A stretch of 64,000 nt of DNA, taken from Planctomycetota bacterium. GTDB lineage: Bacteria > Planctomycetota > SZUA-567 > H5-PLA8. Below the pieces are notes generated by a model. It saw nothing but the letters and a program-made list of their open reading frames with translations. It had not been told where the DNA came from and searched no databases. Location: assembly GCA_023150555.1 (NCBI GenBank), contig JAKLKQ010000007.1, forward strand, positions 65,253 through 129,252, given 5' to 3'. A program made the position numbers and the translations under genes. This document shows, in pieces, positions 1-8,708 of this stretch (position 1 is its first letter; each line of letters begins with the position of its first letter).

Positions 1-653
1 GCCGAACGCTTCACGATCAGCGCCAGTTCGTCCGCCGAGTAGAAGGCCAGTTTCTGCGGGATGCCGAAGCGGTCCTGGAAGGGCCGCGAGAGTAACCCGT
101 CGCGCGTGGTCGCGCCGACCAACGTGAACGGGCGCAGGTTGAAGCGGATCGGCCGCGCCGCGGCGCCCTGGTCGACCGTCAGGTCGATGAAGTAGTCCTC
201 CATCGCCGAGTACAGGTACTCTTCCAGCGCGGCGCTTAGACGGTGGACTTCGTCGATGAAAAGGACGGTGCGCTCGGGAAGGCTGGTCAGCAGGCCCACG
301 AGGTCACCGGGCTTCTTCAGCGCCGGCGCGGCGGTGCCGTGAAAGTCGACGCCCAACTCGTTGGCCACGATGCGGGCCAGGGTCGTCTTGCCCAGGCCTG
401 GAGGCCCGGAGAGCAGGATGTGGTCCAGGGCCTCGCCGCGCTTGTCGGCGGCCTTCACATAGACCTTCAGGTTCTCGACGACGCGTTCCTGGCCCACAAA
501 GTCGGCGAAACGCTGCGGACGCAGCGTGGCTTCGAAGGCGTCCTCGTCGGCGCCGGCGCTCTGCGGCCCGACGTGGCGCTCGCCGGCGGGCGCGGGCTCC
601 GGCAGGCCGGCGTCCGCTTTCTTGCGGCGGGGCGGAAAGGGCGCGCGCGCCAT
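1..653 (-). CDS. ruvB: Holliday junction branch migration helicase RuvB (partial, C-terminus off window)
   Basis: Minus-strand translation gives ...[18 protein letters not shown]...[23 protein letters not shown]...LFIDEVHRL...[41 protein letters not shown], the RuvB Walker A/B and sensor motifs. The ATG is at 651-653. The 243..977 + ORF is its antisense artefact. Confidence 0.9.
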   Translation of the reverse strand, partial: MARAPFPPRRKKADAGLPEPAPAGERHVGPQSAGADEDAFEATLRPQRFADFVGQERVVENLKVYVKAADKRGEALDHILLSGPPGLGKTTLARIVANELGVDFHGTAAPALKKPGDLVGLLTSLPERTVLFIDEVHRLSAALEEYLYSAMEDYFIDLTVDQGAAARPIRFNLRPFTLVGATTRDGLLSRPFQDRFGIPQKLAFYSADELALIVKRS

Positions 654-655
654 CG

Positions 656-1471
656 TCAGCCGCGCCTCGGGCCTTCGGCGGCCAGCTCGCGTTCCATCTG
701 CGACAGGCGTTCCTCGAGCTTGAACTTCGCGACCCAGCTCATCAGCAGCGCGCGGTCCAGCTTCGGGTTGCGCTTGAGGACCTCCTTTACGTCCCAGCGG
801 TCCTTGTCACGGAAGGCCTGCAGCTTGAGCACGATCAATCCTTCGGCGCCGAGCACTCGAAGGCGAACACCCTCCAGGTGCGACTCGACGCCCGTCGCAT
901 GCAGGAAGGCCATGAACTCATGCGGAGCAACTAGCAGGTCGACATTCACTGGTGGTGCATCAGGCAGGCCGAACTGATACGGCTCCCACCAGAAGAGCGC
1001 GTCGGGCGGCATGAAGCTGGGCTTCTCGAAGCGGTGTGGGCGGATGTCGCGTTGCGCCAAGGCGGCGCGCACTTCGCGCAGGCCATCTTGGTGCCCCAAG
1101 ATGAAGAAATCCACGTCGGTGGTCGCGCGGCGCTGCCCGTGCAGGTTGACGGCCAGCCCTCCGCCCAACGCGTAGAACATACCGGTCTCGTTCAGGCTGC
1201 GCGCACCGGCAAGAACGGCCTTCCAGAGATGTTCGGCGCGCGGTTGCTTAGCGGAGGCGCCGCCGTAAACCGGCGCATCTTCGTGCGCGACCCCGGCGGG
1301 TCCCGAGGCGAATCCTTCGTCCCACGCGTCGGCCAAGCGCTCGCAGGAGCGGTAGGTGTCGAGCCAATCGTCGACGGCGCGCCGAACGCTGCCGGAAGCC
1401 GATGCGGGGTTACGGTCCATCCGTTCAGCATGCTCCTTTGAAGCCGCGCGCGCAAGGTCAACGCTACTCAA
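656..1471 (-). CDS. nucleotidyltransferase-fold protein (AbiEii/MNT-like)
   Basis: 271 aa. The motif [25 protein letters not shown] resembles the GG...R.T.D.D nucleotidyltransferase signature. It sits between ruvB and ruvA. Confidence 0.5.
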   Translation of the reverse strand: MSSVDLARAASKEHAERMDRNPASASGSVRRAVDDWLDTYRSCERLADAWDEGFASGPAGVAHEDAPVYGGASAKQPRAEHLWKAVLAGARSLNETGMFYALGGGLAVNLHGQRRATTDVDFFILGHQDGLREVRAALAQRDIRPHRFEKPSFMPPDALFWWEPYQFGLPDAPPVNVDLLVAPHEFMAFLHATGVESHLEGVRLRVLGAEGLIVLKLQAFRDKDRWDVKEVLKRNPKLDRALLMSWVAKFKLEERLSQMERELAAEGPRRG

Positions 1472-1838
1472 CTTCCACCTCCACCCAGTCGCCGTCCACC
1501 AGGCCGTGCGCGTCGCGCAGCTTCACATCGGTGGCGACCTCGATCAGACACTTCTCTTCGTCCGGCGCTTCGAACTCCGCCTTGTCCGGCCGCAAAATGA
1601 AAGCCTTGCGTCCGAAGATGCGGCAGGGAATCAGGCTTACCGAGACCGCCCCGCCGTAGTCTTCCTTCTCCAAGCGCAGGAACCTGGCCGGTCGGTGGAA
1701 CGGCGCCTCCAGCCTCACGTTCAGCGTGCCCGGAAACAGGCGCAGGCCGGTGATGCGGTGGTAGTGGTCGTTGAGTTTCTCGATCCACCGGGCGAAGTCC
1801 CCGACGCCGGTCTCGACCCGTCCGCGCAATACGCCCAT
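1464..1838 (-). CDS. DUF120 / CTP-dependent riboflavin kinase-like protein (archaeal RibK type)
   Basis: 124 aa. GVGDFARW...GTLNVRL...DGDWVEVEV aligns by eye with archaeal RibK (GLGEGRYF...GTLNLKL...DGDVIKILI). Confidence 0.55.
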   Translation of the reverse strand: MGVLRGRVETGVGDFARWIEKLNDHYHRITGLRLFPGTLNVRLEAPFHRPARFLRLEKEDYGGAVSVSLIPCRIFGRKAFILRPDKAEFEAPDEEKCLIEVATDVKLRDAHGLVDGDWVEVEVE

Positions 1839-1842
1839 CGCC

Positions 1843-2523
1843 TCACTCCGCGTAGGGCAGCGCGCGGCGGATCAGGTCCTGCACGCTTTCGGGCGCGGCG
1901 CCTTTGTTGCGCAGATCTTCGATGGCGCGCTGCACCGAACGCAGGGCCACGTCGGACGGCACCTCGTTGAGCTGCGTCACGGCCTTCACCGCCAGGTCGG
2001 TCATCTCGTCGAGATCGGACAGCGTTGCGGCGCCGGTTTCCGCTGCCGGAGCCGGCATGCCTTTTTTGCCGCGCTTGCCGGCGGCTTCGGCGGGTTGCGG
2101 CGTCTGCGTCTCGGCCTGCTTGACGAGGATCTTGCCGAGTTCCAGGACGATGCGCTTGGCGGTGGCCTCGCCGACGCCCTTGATCGCCTTCAGCGTGGCG
2201 ACGTCGCCGAGGCGGATGGCCTGCTGCAGGTGCTCGACGCGCCCGCCGCTGAGCACCGCCAGGGCCACGCGCGGGCCGACGCCCTTCACGCTGCCGATCA
2301 GCTGCCGGAAGAAGGCGCGTTCGCGTTCGGTGGCGAAGCCGTACAGCGCCAGGTTGTCGTCGGTGACGTGCAGGTGCGTCAGGACCTTCACCGGCTGGCC
2401 GGCCGCGGGCAGAGTCTCGTAGGTGTGCAGCGAGATGCGCAGCTGGTAGCCCACGCCGGCGGCCTCGACGATGGCTTCGCCCGGGGTCTTGGAGGCCAGG
2501 ATACCGGCGAGGTGGTGGTACAT
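1843..2523 (-). CDS. ruvA: Holliday junction DNA helicase RuvA
   Basis: MYHHLAGILASKTPGEAIVEAAGVGYQL...FGF...ERERAFFRQLIGSVKGVGPRVALAVLS...LKAIKGVGEATAKRIVLEL shows the RuvA domains I-III pattern. Confidence 0.9.
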   Translation of the reverse strand: MYHHLAGILASKTPGEAIVEAAGVGYQLRISLHTYETLPAAGQPVKVLTHLHVTDDNLALYGFATERERAFFRQLIGSVKGVGPRVALAVLSGGRVEHLQQAIRLGDVATLKAIKGVGEATAKRIVLELGKILVKQAETQTPQPAEAAGKRGKKGMPAPAAETGAATLSDLDEMTDLAVKAVTQLNEVPSDVALRSVQRAIEDLRNKGAAPESVQDLIRRALPYAE

Positions 2524-2637
2524 AGCGACGGTTTACGCTCTTTTCGCGGCGGCGACAAGCCCGCGCTCGGCACCAAAGAAAACCGGCGGCCTGGTAGGCC
2601 GCCGGCAATGCGTCGATGCTTGAACGGTCCGGCCGGC

Positions 2638-3960
2638 TCAGTTGACCGTCTTCAGGCCCAGGCCGATCTCGCCGAGTTTGCTCTTGATCTCGTTGAGGCT
2701 GGTCTGGCCGAAGTTCTTGGTGGCCATCAGTTCGGCCTCGGTGCGTTCGACGAGGTCGCCGATGGTCTCGATGTTCAGCCGCTGCATGCACTTGCGGCTG
2801 CGGACCGAGAACTCGAGGTCGGTGATGGGCTTCATCAGGTTGGCGTTCTCGGGCGTGCCGGTGCGCAGGCGCTGGGCGCGGGAGCGCTTGTTTTCCTCTT
2901 CCTTGTACATGCCCAGGCGCAGGCCCTTCGATTCGAGCAGGTTCTTTATTTCGCTGAGCGAGGTCTCGCCGAAGTTCTTGTAGCTGAGCAGCTCCTGCTC
3001 GGTCTTGCGGACCATGTCGCCGAGCGTGCGGACGTTCATCTTGGCGAGGCAGTTGCGGCTGCGGACGCTGAGCTCGAAGTCGCTGACGGGGATGCGCAGC
3101 ACGGCCTCGAGGCGCTCGTTCTCCTTGCGCTCGGCTTCGTCGTAGTACATGTCCAGCGACTCGATGGCATCGCGGAGGAACAGCTGCGCGCGGCGGTTGG
3201 TCGGATCGACCTTCAGGGCTTCGCGCAGGCAGGTGATCGCGCCGTCCACTTCCTCGCGGTCGTCCAGCAACAGCGCCAGGTTGACCATCGCGCTGACGAA
3301 GGCCGGGCCCTGGCCGGTGACCTTCTTGTACAGCTGCACCGCCTTCTCGTCCTCGCCGCGCAGGTCCAGGTAGTAGGCGAGGCGGAAGGCCGCGTCGCTG
3401 TGGCTGGGGTCGATCTCCAGCGCGCGGGTGTAGGCGTTGCACGCCGATTCCTGCTCGCCCTTCTTCTCCAGGCAGCGGCCCTTGTGGTAGTGCAGGTCCG
3501 CGTCGCCGGAGGCCTTGGACTCCAGCTTGGCCAGTTCGGCCAGCGCCTCGTCGGTCTTCCCGGCGGCGCACAGCGCGCCGGCGTACTCGATGGCGACCTT
3601 GGGCGTGTCGGTGATCTGCTGCGCGGCCTCGCCCAGCAGCTTGGCGGCTTCGTCGGTGCGGCCGCGGTCCAGGGCCAGTTCGCCGGCCAGCAGCTTGGCG
3701 CCGCTGCCGGTCACGTTCTTGAGCGCGTTCTCGGCCTGGTCGTAGCGGCACAGCACCCAGGCGAAGGCGCACTGGCGCAGGGCCTTCTCGTCGGCGGGCA
3801 GGTCCTCGCCGTCCAGCGTGCCGTAGCGGGTCTGCAGGACGTTGCGCTCGGCGACGGTGTTTCGCGCGACGGTGCGGAGTTTCAACAGAAGCTCGGGCGT
3901 CAGCGCGGGCTGGGCGCAGAGTTCATCGACAATGCTGGCGACGTTCACATCGGAAGCCAT
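2638..3960 (-). CDS. TPR-repeat protein with two C-terminal RNA polymerase alpha-subunit CTD-like domains
   Basis: 440 aa. The N-terminal ~270 aa carry TPR-like repeats. Two modules then follow: FELSVRSRNCLAKMNVRTLGDMVRKTEQELLSYKNFGETSLSEIKNLLESKGLRLGM and LEFSVRSRKCMQRLNIETIGDLVERTEAELMATKNFGQTSLNEIKSKLGEIGLGL. Both closely match E. coli RpoA alpha-CTD ([57 protein letters not shown]). Confidence 0.75.
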   Translation of the reverse strand: MASDVNVASIVDELCAQPALTPELLLKLRTVARNTVAERNVLQTRYGTLDGEDLPADEKALRQCAFAWVLCRYDQAENALKNVTGSGAKLLAGELALDRGRTDEAAKLLGEAAQQITDTPKVAIEYAGALCAAGKTDEALAELAKLESKASGDADLHYHKGRCLEKKGEQESACNAYTRALEIDPSHSDAAFRLAYYLDLRGEDEKAVQLYKKVTGQGPAFVSAMVNLALLLDDREEVDGAITCLREALKVDPTNRRAQLFLRDAIESLDMYYDEAERKENERLEAVLRIPVSDFELSVRSRNCLAKMNVRTLGDMVRKTEQELLSYKNFGETSLSEIKNLLESKGLRLGMYKEEENKRSRAQRLRTGTPENANLMKPITDLEFSVRSRKCMQRLNIETIGDLVERTEAELMATKNFGQTSLNEIKSKLGEIGLGLKTVN

Positions 3961-4240
3961 GGGTACCCCCTACTGTGGAAGAGCTCGAACCGACAGGCCA
4001 AGCAGCCCGCGGCCGGATCGCGTGCCGTATCTCTTTGCTAAGACGTTGGTTCGAGGCCGTCTCCCGAATCGAAGCCGAATAAATTAAGGCCTCGGGGCCC
4101 GGAGTTCAAGCGGTTTTACAGGCCCGGCCGGAGGCGGCCCGGAGGGCGGAAAACGCCCGCTTGTCCTTGACCCCCTGCGGGCATACCTTATAAGTGGAAT
4201 TCCTTTCCAGCGCTGTATCGGAGAAGCCTCTCCATTCGGT

Positions 4241-4316
<76 letters not shown>

Positions 4317-4444
4317 ATTTCTCCCCTCTCTCCGGCTGTCCGAATCCGCAGGCCTGAAACAACCCACTTGAGGGGCCGCGCGGCGGTTGCCCGAAACGGG
4401 CAAAACGGGGAGAATCCCGGCTGCCCATTCACCCTACGCAATCT

Positions 4445-5449
4445 TTGGCGCCGGCGGCAGAGGCCATGATCGAAGCCCGCAACCTGACCAAGCGCTACGG
4501 CGACTTCACCGCGATCCAGGACCTCACCTTCCAGGTGCAGCCCGGCGAAGTCGTCGGCTTTCTGGGCGTCAACGGCGCGGGCAAGACCACCACCCTGCGC
4601 ATCCTCTCGTGCTACATGCCGGCCAGTTCGGGGCAGGCCACCGTCGCCGGCTTCGACGTCTTCAAGGACTCGCTGCGCGTGCGCGAGCAGATCGGCTACC
4701 TGCCCGAATCGGTGCCGCTGTACCCCGAACTGCGCGTGCAGGAGTACCTCGCCTTCCGCGCGCGCCTGAAGGCCGTGCCACGCGCCAAGCGCCAGAGCGA
4801 ACTCGCGCGCGTGATGGACGCCTGCAAGATCGCCGACCGCGCGCGCCAGACCATCGGAACGCTCTCCCGCGGCTACCGCCAGCGCGTGGGCCTGGCCGAC
4901 GCCCTGCTGGGCCCGCCGAAGCTCCTGATCCTCGACGAACCCACCAGCGGCCTGGACCCGCTGCAGCGCATGGAAGTGCGCGCGCTGATGCAGGAGCTCA
5001 AGCGCGAGCACACCGTCTTCCTGTCCACGCACATCCTCGGCGAAGTCGAATCGACCTGCACGCGGGTGATCATCCTGCACCGCGGCAAGCTGGTGCCCGA
5101 GGCCGAGGTCGCGCGGCTGCGCGGCGCCTGCCAGTACGAAGCCCGCGTCGCGGGGCCGATGGGGCGCGTGCTGGAGGCCCTGCGGCGGCTGAACGCCGTG
5201 GCTTCGGCGGAACCGATCCCGCCGGAAGCCAGCACCGAGCCGCCGGAGCCGGCCGAGCACACGCACATCCGCATCGTGCCGAAGGCGGGTCTCGACAAGG
5301 ACCCGCGCGACGAACTGGTCGCGCTGATGGCGGGCAAGGCGGGCGAGGGCTGGCGGCTGCTGGAACTGCGGCGGCGCATCCCGACGCTGGAGGAAGTCTT
5401 CGCGCAGGCGACGGCGGAGGAAGGCGGCAAGGAGGGCGCGCAGGCGTGA
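4445..5449 (+). CDS. ABC transporter ATP-binding protein (ABC-2 / GldA-like)
   Basis: Walker A GVNGAGKTT, signature LSRGYRQRV, Walker B LLILDEPTSGLD. The likely true start is MIEARNL at 4466. The N-terminal part of track ORF 4387..6177 is an artefact. Confidence 0.9.
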   Translation: MAPAAEAMIEARNLTKRYGDFTAIQDLTFQVQPGEVVGFLGVNGAGKTTTLRILSCYMPASSGQATVAGFDVFKDSLRVREQIGYLPESVPLYPELRVQEYLAFRARLKAVPRAKRQSELARVMDACKIADRARQTIGTLSRGYRQRVGLADALLGPPKLLILDEPTSGLDPLQRMEVRALMQELKREHTVFLSTHILGEVESTCTRVIILHRGKLVPEAEVARLRGACQYEARVAGPMGRVLEALRRLNAVASAEPIPPEASTEPPEPAEHTHIRIVPKAGLDKDPRDELVALMAGKAGEGWRLLELRRRIPTLEEVFAQATAEEGGKEGAQA

Positions 5450-6177
5450 GGAATTTCGTCGCGCTGACCCGCCGGGAGCTGCTCTCGGTCTTCGTCTCGC
5501 CGCTGGGCTACGGCACGGCGGCGGTCTTCCTGTTCATCTTCGGGCTGATCTTCGTCTCGCAGTTCGCGGCCACGAAGCTGGTGGAAGTGCACACGCTGAT
5601 CGATCCCATGGGCTACCTGCTGCCGCTGCTGCTCTCGCCGATCCTGACCATGCGCCTGCTGGCCGAGGAGCGCCGCCAGGGCACGCTGGAGATGCTGCTG
5701 ACGGCGCCGGTGCGCAACATCGAGGTGGTGCTGAGCAAGTTCGCCGGCGCGTGGCTCTTCTACGCCTGCATGCTGGCGCTGACGCTGATCCACCTCTTCG
5801 CCATGCGCTTCCACTACGAGGGCGAGGTGGACTGGGGGCGCTTCGCCGTCGGCTACCTGGGGATGCTGCTGATCGCGGGGCTTTTCCTCAGCTTCGGCCT
5901 GTTCGTCTCGTCGCTGTTCGAGCAACCGATGCTCGCGGCGCTGACGTCCTTCGTCGCCAGCCTCTCGCTGCTGATGGTCAACTTCGTGCTGAACGTGCCC
6001 GCGTTCCTGCAGGAAGGCGTGGGGAAGGACGTCTTCCGCTTCACGCTGCCGTTCACGCACTACCGCAACTTCCTGGCCGGGCTGGTGGACACCGGCGACC
6101 TGGCCTACTTCGGGCTGATCACCGCCTTCTTCCTGTTCCTGACCACGAAGGTCCTGGAGGCGCGGCGCAACCAATGA
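5446..6177 (+). CDS. ABC-2 type transporter permease (GldF-like)
   Basis: GTG start at 5446 overlaps the upstream TGA (GTGA). The product is a hydrophobic six-TM ABC-2 permease, VRNFVALTRRELLSVFVSPLGYG... Confidence 0.8.
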   Translation: MRNFVALTRRELLSVFVSPLGYGTAAVFLFIFGLIFVSQFAATKLVEVHTLIDPMGYLLPLLLSPILTMRLLAEERRQGTLEMLLTAPVRNIEVVLSKFAGAWLFYACMLALTLIHLFAMRFHYEGEVDWGRFAVGYLGMLLIAGLFLSFGLFVSSLFEQPMLAALTSFVASLSLLMVNFVLNVPAFLQEGVGKDVFRFTLPFTHYRNFLAGLVDTGDLAYFGLITAFFLFLTTKVLEARRNQ

Positions 6178-7928
6178 CCTCGCCCGCCCCCGTCACGCCA
6201 TCCACCCCTTCGGCCTCGGCCGCGCCGCTGGCGGTGCGCGCCTTCCGCCTGGTGGGCTCCTTCGCCTGCATGGGCCTGGGCGTGAACGTCTTCCTGTGCG
6301 TGGCGCGGGGAAGCTGGAGCGACGCGGCGGCGCTCGCGCCCTTCGCCGTCTTCCTGCCGCTGTTGGCGCTCTCGATCTGGGTCTGCCGGCAGGACTTCGT
6401 GCACTCGTTCACTTCGCCGCAGGGCCGCGCGACGCTGCTGGTGATCGTGCAGGGCGGCCTGGGCCTGCTGGTGCTCTGCTTCGCGCTGTACATCCTGGGC
6501 TACCGCTTCCGCGCGAAGGCCGATTTCACCAGTTCGCAGATGTTCAGCCTTTCCGAAGAGACGAAGCTCGTACTGGCCGGACTCAAGGACCTGGACCGGC
6601 CCATCGAGATCTTCTATCTGCAGGGCCTCGACTCCGCCGACCCCAAGGAGCGGGATGCCGCCGACCGCGAGCGCGCGCGCGTGACGGCGCTGCTGCGCGA
6701 GTACCAGGCCCATGCCGATGCCCTGAAGCCCGGGCGGCTGGTCTTCGAGTCCTACAACCTCAACGAGAACTCCCTGGAACTCAACGCGCTGAGCAAGCGG
6801 ATCCACGACGCCACGCAGTTCCTGGGCGGGCTGGAAGAGGCCACGGTCTTCCTGTGGGGCGAACGCATCAAGATCGTGCGGAAACAGGAACTGAACCCGG
6901 TCGTCATCCACGAGAAGGCCGTAGGCCGGCCGTTCCAGAGCGAGCGCGTCTTCACCGATACCATCCGCGAGCTGCTGGCCGTGAACCCGAAGGCCGTCTA
7001 CTTCTCGACGGGGCACGGCGAGCGCGACGTACAGAGTTGCGCGCAGTTCCGCGGACTGCTCAAGCAGCAGACCTACGCCGAGAAGGAATGGAAATCCGGC
7101 GAAGCCGTGCCCTCCGATGCCGCGATGGTGATCGTGCTCGGCCCGCGCGATGCCTTTTCCGAGAAGGACGCCGCGGCCTTGCGCGCGTACCTCGTCGGCG
7201 GCGGACGCCTGCTCCTTTTCTTCGACCCGCTGCTGGACAAGATCCAGGGCCTGCCCCGCGAAGGCTGCGGCCTGGACGCGGTCCTGAATGCCTACGGCCT
7301 GCAGCCGCGCCAGGACGTGCTGACGCGAAGGTTCATCCCCGACGTCCTGGGCGGGCGGCCCATCCCGCGCGATGAAGTGGTGGCCTACCCGCGCAAGGAG
7401 AGCGATTCGGTGCTGCTCGAGACGCTCAAATTTGAAGGCCAGCATCTCGTCACCACCCTCACCTGCGCCGTGCAGATTTCCGCCGCCGCGGGGGAAGGCG
7501 TCAGACCGCAGGTGGTGCTCGAGACGCCGCCCTACATCCGCGGCAAGCAACTCTTCTGGGCCGATCCGATCGCCGCAAAATCCGAATCGAACGAGCCCGG
7601 ACCGAACAGCCTGCCGGGGCCGGTGCCGGTGGCCGCCGCGTCCGAAGGCTCCGCCGGATCGCGCATCGTGGCCGTCGCGGGATCGAACGTGGCCGTGGAC
7701 CAGTATTTCATGAACTACGACGGCAACCGGACCTTTCTCCTGGCGGCGGCGCGCTGGCTGGCGGGCGAGGACGAACTGGTGACGCAGATCCAGCCCAAAA
7801 GCCCCGACGTGCGCGTGGCGAAGATCAGCCCCGAACAGAGCAAGATCCTGATGGTGCTGCTGGTGCTGGGCCTGCCGGTCGCCGTCTTCTTCGCGGGCAT
7901 GATCGTGTGGGCCATGCGGCGGACCTGA
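6174..7928 (+). CDS. GldG-like ABC-transporter auxiliary component (Gldg family)
   Basis: ATG at 6174 overlaps the permease stop (ATGA). The protein has an N-terminal TM segment, a large extracytoplasmic domain and a C-terminal TM (ILMVLLVLGLPVAVFFAGMIVWAMRR), which is the GldG architecture. Confidence 0.7.
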   Translation: MTSPAPVTPSTPSASAAPLAVRAFRLVGSFACMGLGVNVFLCVARGSWSDAAALAPFAVFLPLLALSIWVCRQDFVHSFTSPQGRATLLVIVQGGLGLLVLCFALYILGYRFRAKADFTSSQMFSLSEETKLVLAGLKDLDRPIEIFYLQGLDSADPKERDAADRERARVTALLREYQAHADALKPGRLVFESYNLNENSLELNALSKRIHDATQFLGGLEEATVFLWGERIKIVRKQELNPVVIHEKAVGRPFQSERVFTDTIRELLAVNPKAVYFSTGHGERDVQSCAQFRGLLKQQTYAEKEWKSGEAVPSDAAMVIVLGPRDAFSEKDAAALRAYLVGGGRLLLFFDPLLDKIQGLPREGCGLDAVLNAYGLQPRQDVLTRRFIPDVLGGRPIPRDEVVAYPRKESDSVLLETLKFEGQHLVTTLTCAVQISAAAGEGVRPQVVLETPPYIRGKQLFWADPIAAKSESNEPGPNSLPGPVPVAAASEGSAGSRIVAVAGSNVAVDQYFMNYDGNRTFLLAAARWLAGEDELVTQIQPKSPDVRVAKISPEQSKILMVLLVLGLPVAVFFAGMIVWAMRRT

Positions 7929-7936
7929 GTGCTGCG

Positions 7937-8578
7937 ATGCGAACAACCCTGGTACTGATCGTGCTCGCCGTGGCCCTGGGCGGCTGGGTCCTGTGGGACC
8001 TCAACACTGTGCCCGAGGAAACGCGCACCGGCGGTTCGCTGCTGATGGAGTTCCCGCGCGAGGCCGCCACGCGCATCGAGATCGACCGACCCGACCCCGG
8101 CAACCCAGCCAAGCGCGAGCTGCTGGTCTTCGAGCGCCGCGAGGGCGCCTGGTTCGTGGCGATGCCCGATCTCGGCAAGGCCGATCCGAAGCAGATCACC
8201 GAGATGATCCAGCAGCCCTGCGCGAACTGGTCCACCACCTGGCTGAAAGTCCCCGAGGACCTCGGCAAGTACGGCTTGGGCGACGAGGCCCTGCGCGTGA
8301 CGCTGGTCCACCCCGGCGGCAAGTCCGTGGTGCGGATCGGAGCGCACAACGAACTGCAGAAACGGGTCTACGCGCACGTGGAGGGCGACCCTTACATCGG
8401 CCTGATGGACCAGTACTTCGATCATGTCTTCCACCTTCCGGTCAACCGCTTCCTCCTGGCCCCCGCGAACGAGAAAATGAGCCCTCCGCTGAAACAGGAA
8501 GGCGCTGAAAAAACGTCCCAGGCCCCGGCCGAAGCGCCTCCCGAAGCACCCGCCAAAGCGCCTGGCCAAATGCCCTGA
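7937..8578 (+). CDS. DUF4340-like membrane-anchored protein (partner of GldG-like proteins)
   Basis: The signal anchor MRTTLVLIVLAVALGGWVLW sits immediately after the GldG-like gene, as is typical of DUF4340. An alternative start is at 7907. Confidence 0.5.
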   Translation: MRTTLVLIVLAVALGGWVLWDLNTVPEETRTGGSLLMEFPREAATRIEIDRPDPGNPAKRELLVFERREGAWFVAMPDLGKADPKQITEMIQQPCANWSTTWLKVPEDLGKYGLGDEALRVTLVHPGGKSVVRIGAHNELQKRVYAHVEGDPYIGLMDQYFDHVFHLPVNRFLLAPANEKMSPPLKQEGAEKTSQAPAEAPPEAPAKAPGQMP

Positions 8579-8708
8579 CCGCGATCGCGGCGGAGACGCT
8601 TGACATCCCACCGCACTATCGTACAGTTCGCGTCCTTTCAGGCAGGGGCACCAACCCTCACCCGGATGTCCCGCCTGCGGCCGGCTGATCGAGACCACGG
8701 GAGGGCGC

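Noticed and set aside
243-977. 244-aa + strand ORF
   Set aside because: It is antisense to the clearly recognisable RuvB coding sequence on the minus strand. The composition is Arg/Gly/Ala-rich, typical of a GC-rich antisense frame.
1771-4041. 756-aa + strand ORF spanning ruvA and the TPR/alpha-CTD region
   Set aside because: It overlaps two well-supported minus-strand genes. The product is low-complexity (A/G/L/R/V-rich) with no motifs. Open antisense frames like this are expected at about 68% GC.
4387-6177. 596-aa ORF implying a single protein
   Set aside because: Only the C-terminal 243 aa (from GTG 5446) look like a membrane permease. The N-terminal part is an Arg/Pro-rich artefact overlapping the ABC ATPase gene in another frame.
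5751-7928. 725-aa ORF start at 5751 for the GldG-like protein
   Set aside because: The first 140 codons overlap the permease gene and are Arg/Ala/Gly-rich. A clean ATG at 6174 overlaps the permease stop (ATGA), which gives the expected N-terminal TM.
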